A stretch of 64,000 nucleotides of DNA, taken from positions 5,518,001 to 5,582,000 of the forward strand of contig NC_086097.1 in assembly GCF_963921235.1 (NCBI RefSeq), given 5' to 3'. Positions 24,930 through 37,479 of this stretch are shown here, piece after piece (position 1 is the first letter of the stretch; each line of letters begins with the position of its first letter). Source of the DNA: Mobula hypostoma (Eukaryota). The notes below the pieces were generated by a model that was given only the letters and a program-made list of their open reading frames with translations, was not told the DNA's origin and did no database searches. A program made the translations under genes and the position numbers.

Positions 24930-26780
24930 AAGAGAGGGAGAGATAAACAAAGACTAACTTTTGGATTTCTGCTGAGTTGGAGAGAGAGAGAGAGCACCGA
25001 GCAGCTCGTAAGTCGCTATGGTGACTGAGGTTGGCGTTATTTGATGGACAATCGAGGTTATGGTTTCTCTGGAGGTTGATTATACTTTCTCCAAGGTCAT
25101 TACCTGCTAGTGTATTCTTACGCAGACAAAGAAAGGCGGAGTTATTTGAAAGACAGTTGGTACTCAGTACGGTGAGATCAATAGGAGGTCAGATGATAGA
25201 CCTCAGGCACATGTTTTTGGACACTGAATGAGCTCTGTCCTGCCTACAGAAAAAGCAGGTTTTTGGAGGATTGATCAGGTGGATTGACCAGTGGCTCTTG
25301 TAGTGAGAAAAGGGAGTGACCAGTATGGAGTTGTCCATGTGTCTAACCTTGGCCTAGGTTGATGATTCCACCACAGAAGAATGGTCCCCTTTGTTGAAGT
25401 CACAGTTGGTGACTTTTAAAGGATTTTGGAGGACAACGAGAAGATCGACGGCGTCAGCTCACCTGAAGACTCAAATCTCTCCCTCTCTCTCTCTCTCCAT
25501 CACTACTCAACTGAATACTACAAACTGAACTGAACTTCACTCATCATCTGTATCTATTTACCCCTAGACTTGAAGAAGCTTGGTTTTCATATATATATTC
25601 CACACTTAATTATATATAATCATTGCTAACCTGTTTGATTTATTTGCATTTATATTACTGTATTATGTAGTTACTAATAAATAATATTAGTTAATAGCAA
25701 TACCGGATTCCAAAGTGTTTTCCATTTCTGCTGGTTCTTTAACCTGTCACGGGGTACGTGTCACACTGTACACGTTAAGTAAAATAGGGGAGAAAACACA
25801 CCCTTGTCTAATGCCTCTCTTGATTTTCGTTAACTGACTCACTTCTCCGTCTATTCTTACAGCGGCTGAGTCAGTCAGTTTACAAAAATCAAGACAGGCA
25901 TTAGACAAGGGTGCGTTTTCTCCCCTGATTTATTTAATGTGTACAGTGAAACAATATTACAAAAAATAAGAGACATTTTGGGAATCAAAGTTGGTGGTGA
26001 AAACATCAATAATTTCAGATATGCCGATGACACTGCGTTAATTACAAGTACAGAGGAAGAACTACAAAACTTAATTGATATAGTTGTTGAAGAAAGTTCA
26101 AAAATGGGTCTATCTATCAATTGCAAAAAGACAGAATGTATGGTGATATCCAAAAAGAAGGAGAATCCTATCTGAAGGGAAGACGTAAAACAAGTACAGA
26201 ACTTTTGCTGCTTAGGAAGCTGGGTGACATCAGATGGCAGGTGCCACGTGGACATCAAAAGAAGAATAGGGATGGAAAAAGACACCTTTACGAGAATGAA
26301 GAGTATACTGACCAATACTAAACTAGGCATGACAACCCGCCTCAGAGTACTGAAATGTTACGATTATCCAGTTATGTTGTATGGCTCAGAATGTTGGACA
26401 ATATCCAATAACATGAGGAAACGAATTGTAGCAGCAGAGATGTGGTTTTTGAGGAGGATACAAAGAATATCATGGACGAAACAAATAACTAATGAGGATG
26501 TCATGAACAGAGCAAACACAAAAAGAGAAATAATGTATGAGATCATGAAAAGGCAACGTAACTTCATTGGACATGTGATTAGGAAAGAGGAGTTAGAATG
26601 CACGGTAATTATGGGAAAGATTGAAGGGAAGAAAGCAAGAGGAAATCAAAGACAAAGACAAATGATGATGGACACAGCAGCCAGAGAACTGGAAATGAAT
26701 ACCAATGAATTGATCCACTTGACCCGAAACAGGAGTGTGTGGGCCATGGCAGTCAAAGCTCAAACCGGGCACGGCACCTG

Positions 26781-26810
<30 letters not shown>
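23127..26810 (+). mobile_element. RTE-clade LINE, 5'-truncated with an inverted 5' segment; interrupted by a Gypsy element
   Basis: RQGCVFSP, RYADD and LYGSECW motifs (25870-26781), (GAT)n tail, 11-bp TSD ATACTCAGTAA at 23116-23126 and 26811-26821. Confidence 0.9.
23139..25763 (+). mobile_element. Gypsy LTR element with Gmr1-like order (RT-RNase H directly before the 3' LTR), internally deleted
   Basis: Partial 5' LTR 23139-23320 matches the start of the 3' LTR 24835-25763. PPT AAGGAAGGGGG, 4-bp TSD CACT, RT (PFGMKNAP, YID), RNase H (PVAYFSKK, YTDHNPL, ADYLSR). Confidence 0.88.
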
Positions 26811-26812
<2 letters not shown>

Positions 26813-27741
26813 ACTCAGTAAACCCAAAAGATGGTGGTGAGGGCTTTACCCATGGTGGACTGGGCTGTATCCACTACTTTTGTAGGGTTTTCCATTCAAG
26901 GACTTTGGTGTTTCCATACCAGGCTGTAATGCGACCAGTCAATATACTCCCCTCCACACATTTACAGCAGTTTATCAAAGTTTTAGATGTCTTGCTGAAT
27001 CTTTGCAAACTTCTAAAGAAGTAGAGGCACTGCTGCATTTTCTTCGTTATTGCACTTGAGCTGGGCCCAGAACAAATCCTCTGAAATGTTAACACCGAGG
27101 AATTTAAAGTTGCTGACACTATTCACCTTTGATCTCCTGATGAGGACTGACTCATGGACCACAAATTTCCTTCCCCTCAATTCGATGTCGACCTCTTGGT
27201 CTTGCTAACATTGAGTGAGAGGTTGTTGTGGCACCATTCAGCTAGATTTTCAATTTCCCTCCTACATGCTGATTCATCACCACCTTTGATTTGGCCAATA
27301 ACAGAGGTGTTGTCAGTAAAATGAAGTATGGCATTGGAGCTGTGGTTAGGCACACAGTTGTAAGTGTAAAGTGAAAAGAGCAGGGGGCTAAGCTCACAGC
27401 TTTGTGGTGCACCTGTGCTGATGGAAATCGGGGAGGAGATGCTGTTGCCAACAGAACTGACTGGGGTCTGCAATTGAGTAAGGAGGTGTTGAGGCAATGG
27501 TCTTGAAGCTCATTCGTAAGGTCAGTGATGTTGTGGGGATGGAACTGGACTCTCTCACGGTGGTATCTGAAAAGAGGATGCTGTCCAAGTTGCATGCCAT
27601 CTTGGACAATGTCTCCCAGCCACTACATAATGTACTGGGTGGGCACAGGAGTACATTCAGCCAGAGACTCATTCCACCGAGATGCAACACAGAGCATCAT
27701 AGGAAGTCATTCCTGCCTGTGGCCATCAAACTTTACAACTC

Positions 27742-28656
27742 AAACAACAGGAATTCTGCAGATGCTGGAAATTCAAGCAACATACATCAAAGTTGCTGGT
27801 GAACGCAGCAGGCCAAGCAGCATCTATAGGAAGAGGCGCAGTCGACGTTTCAGGCCGAGACCCTTCGTCAGGACTAACTGAAGGAAGAGTGAGTAAGGGA
27901 TTTGAAAGCTGGAGGGGGAGGGGGAGATGCAAAATGATAGGAGAAGACAGGAGGGGGAGGGATAGAGCCGAGAGCTGGACAGGTGATAGGCAAAAGGGAT
28001 ACGAAAGGATCATGGGACAGGAGGTCCGGGAAGAAAGACGGGGGGGGGTGACCCAGAGGATGGGCAAGAGGTATATTCAGAGGGACAGAGGGAGAAAAAA
28101 GAGAGTGAGAGAAAGAATGTGTGCATAAAAATGAGAAACAGATGGGGTACGAGGGGGAGGTGGGGCCTAGCGGAAGTTAGAGAAGTCAATGTTCAGGCCA
28201 TCAGGTTGGAGGCTACCCAGACAGAATATAAGGTGTTGTTCCTCCAACCTGAGTGTGGCTTCATCTTTACAGTAGAGGAGGCCGTGGATAGACATGTCAG
28301 AATGGGAATGGGATGTGGAATTAAAATGTGTGGCCACTGGGAGATCCTGCTTTCTCTGGCGGACAGAGCGTAGATGTTCAGCAAAGCGGTTTCCCAGTCT
28401 GCGTCGGGTCTCACCAATATATAAAAGGCCACATCGGGAGCACCGGACGCAGTATATCACCCCAGTCGACTCACAGGTGAAGTGATGCCTCACCTGGAAG
28501 GACTGTTTGGGGCCCTGAATGGTGGTAAGGGAGGAAGTGTAAGGGCATGTGTAGCACTTGTTCCGCTTACACGGATAAGTGCCAGGAGGGAGATCAGTGG
28601 GGAGGGATGGGGGGGACGAATGGACAAGGGAATTGTGTAGGGAGCGATCCCTGCAC
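27742..28656 (-). mobile_element. Penelope-like 5'-truncated copy (GIY-YIG + 3' UTR + tail)
   Basis: ORF 28167-28658 is the GIY-YIG domain. 13-bp TSD AACTTTACAACTC at 27729-27741 and 28657-28669. The empty site is visible in the related LINE copy at ~41152-41170. Confidence 0.92.
27840..27875 (-). ncRNA. Minimal hammerhead ribozyme
   Basis: Same intact motif as 7954-7989. Confidence 0.8.
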
Positions 28657-29109
28657 AACTTTACAACTCCTCCCTTGGAGGGTCAGACACCCTGAACCAA
28701 TAGGCTGGTCCTAGACTTATTTCATAATTTACTGGCAAAATTTACATATTAATATTTAACTATTTATGGTTCTGTTACTATTTATTATTTATGGTGCAAC
28801 TGTAATGAAAACCAATTTTCCCCGGGATCAATGAAGTATGACTATGACTATGACTTACTGATTAGTTTTGAGGGAATTATAGTATTGAAGGCTGAGATGT
28901 AGTCGATAAAAAGCATCCTGATGTATGCATCTTTTCTGTCCAGATGTTTCAACATTGAGTGAAGGGCCAGTGAAATGGCAGCTGATGTAGGCCTGTTGTG
29001 ATGGTAGGCAAACTGGAGCAGATCCAAATCACTTCTCAGGAAGGAGCTGATATCATTCATCATTAGCCTTTCAAAGCACTTTATCACAACGGATGAAAGT
29101 GCTACTGGA

Positions 29110-29410
29110 TCATCATCATAGCTTGTCACACCAGCCAGCCAGCCACCCTAGTGTTGTTTGGTTGATGTTGAGCAGGTCAGTGTCAGCTAGATCAGGTGAG
29201 AGTGGGCAGTTGCGCAGAACGTGTTCAATGTTCTGCACCCTTTCGCCACACTCACAGGATTCGCTGGTCTTTAAACCCCACTTCACCATTTTGTCTCCCG
29301 TCCTACAAACTCCCGCTCTCGCTCTGTTGAGAGCGCACCACTTCCGTCTGTCAAGCAGTGCCCCGTCTGGTAACATTTCTGTGGGGTCTTGCACTGTATT
29401 GTTTGGTGGG
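29110..29410 (-). mobile_element. RTE/RTE-X 3' fragment (other RTE-like fragments at ~40145-40640 and 50038-50420)
   Basis: LNR.R.GV...KWG...CECG..Q..EH...C zinc knuckle and (GAT)n tail. Confidence 0.7.
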
Positions 29411-30245
29411 GTTCTGGCTTTGCTCTACAGTCTCTGCCTGTATGCAGGTAGGAAAAGGATAGCGAAATGGTCAGCTTTCCCCAAAATGCAGTCTGGGCAT
29501 GGAACGATAGATATTCTTGACTGTTGTCTACTGTGTTGGGACCCCTGGTGCTGCGGGTCATATGCTGATGGTAATTGGGCAGGGATTTCTTCAAAGCCTG
29601 GCTGAAATTCCCAACTTTGATTTGAAGTCCGTTGGGGTGGGCAGTTGTTTGCTTGGTGATACTTATTTAACATTGGCTTTGGTGATATGTAAGTTACGAT
29701 CAGGATCACGCAGGAGAACTCTCTTGGTAAGTAAAACAGTTGACACTTAATCATTAGATGCTCTAGTTCGGGGGAACAAGAGTAAGACAAGATCATCATA
29801 TCCGAGCATCACAAACCACCACCTTTTGTCTTCTCCAAAACAACAGGCTTTTGGCTTTGAACTTGGCAGGGGCTGGCGGTCGAATGCCTTGCAATTCCTG
29901 ACAGTGATGGTCGGAACACTCTGGAGGGTGCTCCTGTAAAAACTGGTTAGAATGCACGGGAGGGAGACTTGCTTGTCTCAATCTTCTCAGGAAATGGAGA
30001 TGCTGACCAAGGAGGTGGTGTTGAGAGACCAGCTGGGATTGTCTGTTATGTGCCCTTCCAAAAACATGTTTCTCCTCTCTTTCCATGGAAGAGCCCAGTA
30101 TGTGTAATGAGGAATGGTCAGCCTGAATCTTTCTAAAAATTATATTACTACACAGTGCATTGAGGAAGAACCAGATAAAATAATAACAATAACTCTACAG
30201 AATAAAGTGAAATAACTACAGAGAAAGTGCATAGGCAGGTCAATA

Positions 30246-32636
30246 TACCATCTAACCTCAAAAAAAATTGCAAAGAAACATTTTATAATCGTTTATTGTA
30301 CTATTCGATGTGGAGAACAACATATCAAAAGTTGGACAGTTTTGACACACGGGAAAATCTCCAAAAATGACATAAAAAAACAAGATGGCCGCCAGCAGAG
30401 AAACGTCAAAAATCTGACCGATAACCATTAAATTGCAAGTTTTTTAAATCTGACGTTTTAATGAATGCTCTTTTCACCAATGTTTTTCAAATAACAGTAG
30501 TTGCTGGAATGAAAGTTGCATTTGTACTGACGTCATGACGTCATCAATGACATAATCAAGGGACGACTCTGGTATTAAGTACTGACGTCCTGACTCATAA
30601 TATGCTACCTTATGGATTCTCAGATGCAGTCTTGTTCATCACCCTCTTCTATCACTGGCTCATTTGTCATATTGTCACAGTTGTCATCTTGGCAATGCCC
30701 ACGTGCACTGGTGCATTCCAGCCCATGCTTTCTGCAGGTACACTTTAGTGTATTGCACCCTCCCGAACAGTTGCAGTGAATCAATCTGAATAAGTACCTC
30801 TGGAGCAGGCATTGAGTCGCATCTGGTAAAGGCATGGAGAAACAATAGATCATTCCAAGCTGCTTCTCAGAGTATCTGCTTAAGGATCTTGATATTATAA
30901 GCATTTGATTTCACCTTGTCTGAGCGGAAGTAGAGTTCAGTGCAGTTTGTTACCACTACATGGTAGAGCAAGAGTACGAGGAGACCTGTGTCTTCTCCAA
31001 CGAGGGTGGTAGATTTGAAAGCAGACATTGTGACGGCTGCTTTTGTGCTCTCAACGTCGGCATCTCCTTCAGCTTGAATCACTTCGCAGCCTCTTTGTCG
31101 CAAACGTTCCATGGGTGAGCTGGATAATTACCTGCTTGATTGCCTCATTTGACAAGAAGTCCTCCTTTTTTCCAACAAATTTTGTCGCCCCTGGAATGTT
31201 CACCTTGTTCACATTCAAATTTCTACTTCGACGCTGATGAGTACAGTCCAACCCCATAACCATCAAACACTCCAGTGGCTCTGACATAGTGTCTGACAGT
31301 GAATGAGGTGTAGTTATCTGCAATTGAACTGTAGGTGCACCCCTACGTCCATCTTAAGTGGTGCAGAAGTGATGCCCCGTCTAGAACACAGTGATCTGTC
31401 ACTGGGACCGTCTGTGTGACAGCATTGTCCGATTTGGAGGTGACATAGTTCTTTAGCGCTTCTGCCAGTTGTGGCTTATCCGGCTGGCGCAAGTTCTTTG
31501 CTTCAAACAAAGACATCCGATATGGACGGAGTTCATAGTTCACCACTTCATCTAGCTGGAGATCACCTGTCTGTGACACAACTAGGAACCTCTGGAATAA
31601 CAACGCTGGATCTATGGTACGGTCTTCAGCAACTTTGACTGCCCTGCTGAATGATAGTGTCTTGACCTTCGAACTCCTTTTGTGCGAATATGAGAAAACA
31701 GAGTGCCCATCCATCTTCCTAACTATGTCAATTCCTATTGTGAACAGGTCATGTACATTGACATCCTCATTTGCATAAACCCCTGTGATGAAGTTGCGCA
31801 ATGATTATCATCCGAAAATGGCGTGAAACAGTCCAGTTTTGCTGCGATTTTTTCAAGGTCAGCCTCATGTCTACTCACTTTGGAGGTGGACAACTCCTTA
31901 TGTTGTTCACCCGTTGTGTAACTATTCGTGGTCAGTTCTTGCATGGCGAGGTTGTAAGAGGATGACACAGTGGAATGCATAGTCCAGACTGCTCTCTGGT
32001 GTTCTGACGTCCCACTTCCTCGCGTTAGGCCCCCCTTGGCTTTTTAGTGAGCGCATTAGTGTCTGTTCTATCACAAGATCAGAGCCAAGGCCAGCCCAGT
32101 ATTGGCTGCTGCGTCTGATTACATGGAACCCAGACTGGAACTTCTGATGAACCTCGGGGTTGTCATCCTCCAATGCATGCATCTTCTGGAGATAGAGACG
32201 AGCTGACTTCAGATAATCCTGATGGCCAGTGGCCACAAATATCGACAAGCAAACTGAGATGCATCTCCCCTGACCCCATTCGATCGGCCCCAACAAATGC
32301 CCTAGCAATCCCTACCACGTGCAGGTAGTTGACCCACAGTGTGATGTCATGAAATAATAGTTTATAGCTCTGGCGATAAAACACACCCTGCGGGTATTCC
32401 CATTCACATTTTATACCACAATTGTGGCACTACCATTGTTAGAAACAGTGAAATATAGCAAAATAAGACAGGCATGGATCTGATTCTTTTCATTGGTGGC
32501 CATTTTTGTAATGTCAGATATTTTTACTTTCCCGTGCTCCGTTTCCGTCCAACTTTTGATATGTAGTTCAGTATGTCTGAAAGTACAAGAAATGACCATA
32601 AAACTTTTTTTTGCAATTTTTTTTGGGGTAGGGGTA
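30246..32636 (-). mobile_element. Academ (AcademX-like) DNA transposon, internally deleted and frameshifted
   Basis: Imperfect ~150-bp TIRs beginning TACC. Transposase fragments (YLKSARLYLQ, DLVIEQTLMRSLK..GG), XPG-like motifs (AEGDAD, GEDT.LLVLL) and a C-terminal Cys-rich finger (CNCSGGC..KCTCRK.GLECT). Confidence 0.8.
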
Positions 32637-35619
32637 TTGTGGCACTATATTGACAGCATTATAGTGCCTGTGAGCAGTAAAGTGCAAGATCATAATGAGG
32701 TAGACTGCCAGGTCAAGTGTCCATCATATCACACAAAAGGGACTTCCAGGGGTCTGATAAGAGTAGGATAGAAGCTGTTATTCAGCCTGGTGGTACATGC
32801 TTTCAAGCTTTTGTATCTACATCACAACGGAAGAGAGGAGAATGTCTGGTCTAGGTGGAGAATCTGTGATTATGCTGGCTGTTTTACTGAGGCAGTGAGA
32901 AATATAGACAGAGTCAATGGAGAGGAGGTTGGTTCCTGTGATATGTCATTGGAGACGTTTAAGAAGCATTTAGATAGACGCATGGATGTGAGAAAATGAA
33001 AGGATGTAGACAGAAGAGAATAGTTTAGTTGGCCATTTGATTATTAATTTAATCAGTCTGGCATAAAACTGTGGGCTGAATGGCCTGTCCCTGTACTGTA
33101 CTGTACTATGACCTTTGTCCTATGCTCTAACCATGCTCCAGACAGTTGGCATCTCCTCCACTGGAAAAAGAACCTGTTATCCGAGCAGATGAAAATCTAC
33201 ACACTCGCTGCTCTTCAACATGTTTGTTTTTCACTTCCCACTGCCTTAAAAAACTAAGAAATTTTGTATCTATTTATTTCAAACACAATTTAAAAACTAA
33301 CTCTTCTGATGGGTAGAGTGGTTGATAAATCAATTATTGTCTGTTCTCTTACATTAGGTTTGTGATTGAAGGACTCATTCTATTCTGGGTATGCAGTTTC
33401 TATAGACCGCAAGGATTACATAGATTTTCTAAGGCTGCCTTGATTCAGATGCAAAGATGGCAATGTTTATGAACGGAATTACTTTTACCAGAATCAATAT
33501 GAATGAAATGTGAAAGGTTTCTACCTCTCCGTGTGAAGCTCCCCTTTGTCTGCTTCAAAGAAAGGCTACAATTCAAAATCTGAAATGGCCGTCATGGCAG
33601 GGCAAGACAGGAAAACTGCCATGTCCGTATAATTGTATAAGCAATCAGTTCAGAAGGAATTATTGACAAGCCTCAGCAGTGTGGCTTTGTTTATATTCAT
33701 GTAGTCGGTAACGTACAGTCTGCTGGAGAAGCTCACTGGATTCAGCAGCATCTGTTGGGAGAGGAATTGTTGATGCTTTAGGTGGAAATCCTGTATCAGT
33801 ATGATTCCATCATCTGCAGTCTTTTGTGTCTACACTGGCAAAAATGTTTAATTTTAATTAATAGTTATTAATATTTGGTATAAGTATTTTTGAATACATA
33901 ACCCAACCTGCTGAGTTTAGTTGGTAGTTTCTGCTTGCCGTTTGAACCTAACTCCATCATGGGCAGTGGCCTCCCCAGCATTGAGGACATCTTCAAAAAA
34001 CAATGCCTTAAATAGGTGGCATCCATCATGGAGAACCCCCATCATCCAGGACATGCCCCCTTCTCATCGCTACTATCAGGGAGGGGTTTCTGGAGCCTGT
34101 AGATACACACGCAGGAACAGCTTCTTCCCCTCTGCTAGCTGATTTCTGAATGGACAATGAACCCATGAACACTACCTCATTATTCTTTTCTCTTTTTTTT
34201 TGCACTGCTTTATATATGTATTCCTTTATTATAATTTATAGAATTTTTATTATGTATTGTACTGTACTGCTGCAAAGCAACAAATTTCATGACATGTGCT
34301 AGTAACTTTAAACTTGATTCTAATTCTGATTGATTACAAAACTGGACCTGCCAAATACAGCCAGTATTTTCTGCTTGTTATTTGATATCTATTCTTATTT
34401 AAGGGTTATGCCATATGATTAACTCCCTCAGTGTTGTAAATATTTTCTAGAAGATTTCAGTGATAGAATCATAACTAGAGCATGCACATTTTGCTTGAGT
34501 TCCCATACCACATAAATATCATTTTCCAGCAATAGACTTCAGTTGGGATTAACAAACCACTGAATAAACACAACGCAATAGATGGCACACAAACTATAAG
34601 ACCATAAGACAAAGGAGCAGAAGTTGGCCATTCAGCCCATCGCGTCTGCTCCGCCATTTTATCATGAGCTGATCCATTCTCCTATTTAGTCCCACTCCGC
34701 TGCCTTCTCATCATAGCCTTTGATGCCCTGGCTACTCAGATACCTATCAATCTCTGCCTTAAATATACCCAATGACTTGACCTCCACTGCCGCCCGTGGC
34801 AACAAATTCCATAGATTCACCACTGTAGGACATGGACTCATAGTTCCAGTAATCTGGAATCAACCCTGATCTGTATGGAAGTGTCTGTATGGAATTTTCC
34901 TGTTCTCCCGGTGACAACACGAGTTTCTCCTTTATTTTCCTCCTGCATTTTCTCAAATATCCCGAAGATATGTTGGTTGCTAGATAATTACTTGCTTAAT
35001 AACACTAGTAAACAAAGATATTGCTTCCTAAATACTTTTGGCTGTATCTAATGGATTTTGGACTGCTTATCATGAAAATCACTATGAAATTTTACTATCA
35101 CATATCATTTTTTGAAGTCACCTATACTTGTTATTTCAGTTCCTCATTCAAGACAATTAAAATGTTGCCCACAATGTAAGCTGAAAAGTTTTCCAGCTTG
35201 TCCAGGATTAACCATTCCATAAGCAGCTGGTTCCAGTGCAGAAGAATGTGGTACATAAACCACTTGTAGATCCAAAAAAGATATTTTTGCCACCTTTTCA
35301 TTTAAAACTGGGGCTTATGAGAAATTTTGTGAAAGCAATGAACAAGGAAGGTGAAGAATTTCGATACTTAAGACAGATGTTTCCCAGAATAACTGATGTC
35401 AAAATTAAGGAAGCCGTTTTTGTTGGCTCACAAATCAAACATGTCATCAATGATGGGCCACTTAAAGAACTTTATTAGTGGAACTTGAGAAAAGCACATA
35501 GATGGCATTTAAAGATGTTGAAAATTTTCTTGGCAATGACAGAGCACTAAACTACATACAACTGGTGGACAACATGCTTCATGCATACAAAACCATTAAG
35601 TGCAACATGTCACTAAAGA

Positions 35620-35847
35620 CGCAAACACGAGGAATTCTGCAGATGCTGGAAATTCAAGCAACACACATCAAAGTTGCTGGTGAGTGCAGCAGGCCCGGCA
35701 GAATCTCTAGGAAGAGGTACAGTCGACGTTTCGGGCCGAGACCCTTTGTCAGGACCCTCCTGACGAAGGGTCTCGGCCCGAAATGTCGACTGTACCTCTT
35801 CCTAGAGATGCTGCCTGGCCTGCTGCGTTCACCAGCAACTTTGATGT
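35620..35847. mobile_element. 228-bp fold-back Penelope mini-insertion made of two inverted 3' ends
   Basis: ~90-bp arms around a CCC apex at 35755-35757. 13-bp TSD ATGTCACTAAAGA at 35607-35619 and 35848-35860. Confidence 0.92.
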
Positions 35848-35950
35848 ATGTCACTAAAGATTCATTTTCTGCATTCCCATTTAGACCTCTTCCCCGCAAA
35901 TCTTAGTGCTGTCAGTGATGAGCATGGTGAAAGGTTTCACCAGGACATTT

Positions 35951-36663
35951 CATAGAAACATAGAAAATAGGTGCAGGAGTAGGCCATTCGGCCCTTCGAG
36001 CCTGCACCGCCATTTATTATGATCATGGCTGATCATCCAACTCAGAACCCCGCCCCAGCCTTCCCTCCATACCCCCTGACCCCTGTAGCCACAAGGGCCA
36101 TATCTAACTCCCTCTTAAACATAGCCAATGAACTGGCCTCAACAGTTTCCTGTGGCAGAGAATTCCACAGATTCACCACTCTCTGTGTGAAGAAGTTTTT
36201 CCTAATCTCGGTCCTAAAAGGCTTCCCCTCTATCCTCAAACTGTGACCCCTCGTTCTGGACTTCCCCAACATCGGGAACAATCTTCCTGCATCTAGCCTG
36301 TCCAATCCCTTTAGGATCTTATACGTTTCAATCAGATCCCCCCTCAATCTTCTAAATTCCAACGAGTACAAGCCCAGTTCATCCAGTCTTTCTTCATATG
36401 AAAGTCCTGCCCTCCCAGGAATCAATCTGGTGAACCTTCTTTGTACTCCCTCTATGGCAAAGATGTCTTTCCTCAGATTAGGGGACCAAAACTGCACACA
36501 ATACTCCAGGTGTGGTCTCACCAAGGCCTTGTACAACTGCAGTAGTACCTCCCTGCTCCTGTACTCGAATCCTCTCGCTATAAATGCCAGCATACCATTC
36601 GCCTTTTTCACCGCCTGCTGTACCTGCATGCCCACCTTCAATGATTGGTGTATAATGACACCC
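35951..36663 (-). mobile_element. Young CR1 3' fragment
   Basis: Open ORF2 C-terminus (LYKALVRPHLEYCVQFWSP...FFTQRVVNLWNSLP) with a TTTCTATG tail. Confidence 0.92.
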
Positions 36664-37479
36664 AGTAATGAAGAAATGGTGTCAGGGCAACTGGAATTCA
36701 TCAATGCTGGCTTATTCTTGTGGAAACTTAAGAGGAAAGCCTCAGACACTCAGTGTTAATGAAAATCATCAACAAAACATAATTGAACTATTGCAAAGCG
36801 TCAGCACTGTTATGCAATTAAACACATTATATTCAACAAAGGTTAATTTCTAGTTTCTCCAGTTTCCTGTGTATTAGGATGTAGTCTGAAATCATATTTG
36901 TATTCAGCTTCAAGTGGTCTGTCATAACTACAAAATGTTCCAAGGAGGTACCATTTTCAAAAAAAATTGCTGTCCAGTATAATTCCCAGATTTTTAAGTT
37001 TTAATACTATTGTTTAAACATTATACACTCTTAAAATAGTCTATGCCTTTATTCCTAAAGCACATGACCATGCACATTGCAGCACTAGATACCATCTTCC
37101 TTTCATATGCCCATTCCCTAAATCTGTCAAGACCTTTAGCGGACTCTTTCTTCTTCAACATTACCTGCCCTTCCATCTACCTTTGACTTACCCATAAATT
37201 TAAAACATAAGAACAAGATGGTGCCAGAGACAATGATTCCTCAGGAGACATCTTCCAGGTAGCCAATCAGTTCGATTTTCCTGCATCTTTTACTTATTTT
37301 TTTTTAAGCTTAATTTTGTTTTTGAAACTATTGGAGCTTGGGACTTACAATCTGCAGTTTGATTGAGTGCGCTAGCTCTCTGCTGTCCTCGAGAAAACTC
37401 CAGGAGAGGAATGCAAGTACGAGCTACGATGGGAACCGGAGTGATAGTGCTGAAGATGAGGTAGTTGATTTACAAACAG

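Larger units (their letters stand above)
27490..28856 (+). mobile_element. Rex1/Babar-like 3' fragment with (ATGACT)n tail; second copy at ~41088-41352
   Basis: PRCNTEHHRKSFLPVAIKLYN; same 3' UTR in both copies. Confidence 0.8.
26840..29800 (-). mobile_element. Rex1/Babar-like LINE, fragmented by nested insertions
   Basis: Endonuclease (CSPELEHL..FYLPREFS), RT (KCFERL, QFAY, LFIDY.SAFNTI, GAPQ.C.LSPLLF) and C-terminal (SILT..ITAWYGN) remnants in order. Confidence 0.8.
35190..36979 (+). mobile_element. DNA transposase pseudogene, probably Chapaev3/CMC-like, split by Penelope and CR1 insertions
   Basis: LPPFHLKLGLMRNFVKAM ... MSLK|IHFLHSHLDLFPANLSAVSDEHGERFHQDI|SVMKKWCQGNWNSSMLA after removing the inserts. 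Family assignment is from remembered motifs; boundaries approximate. Confidence 0.65.
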
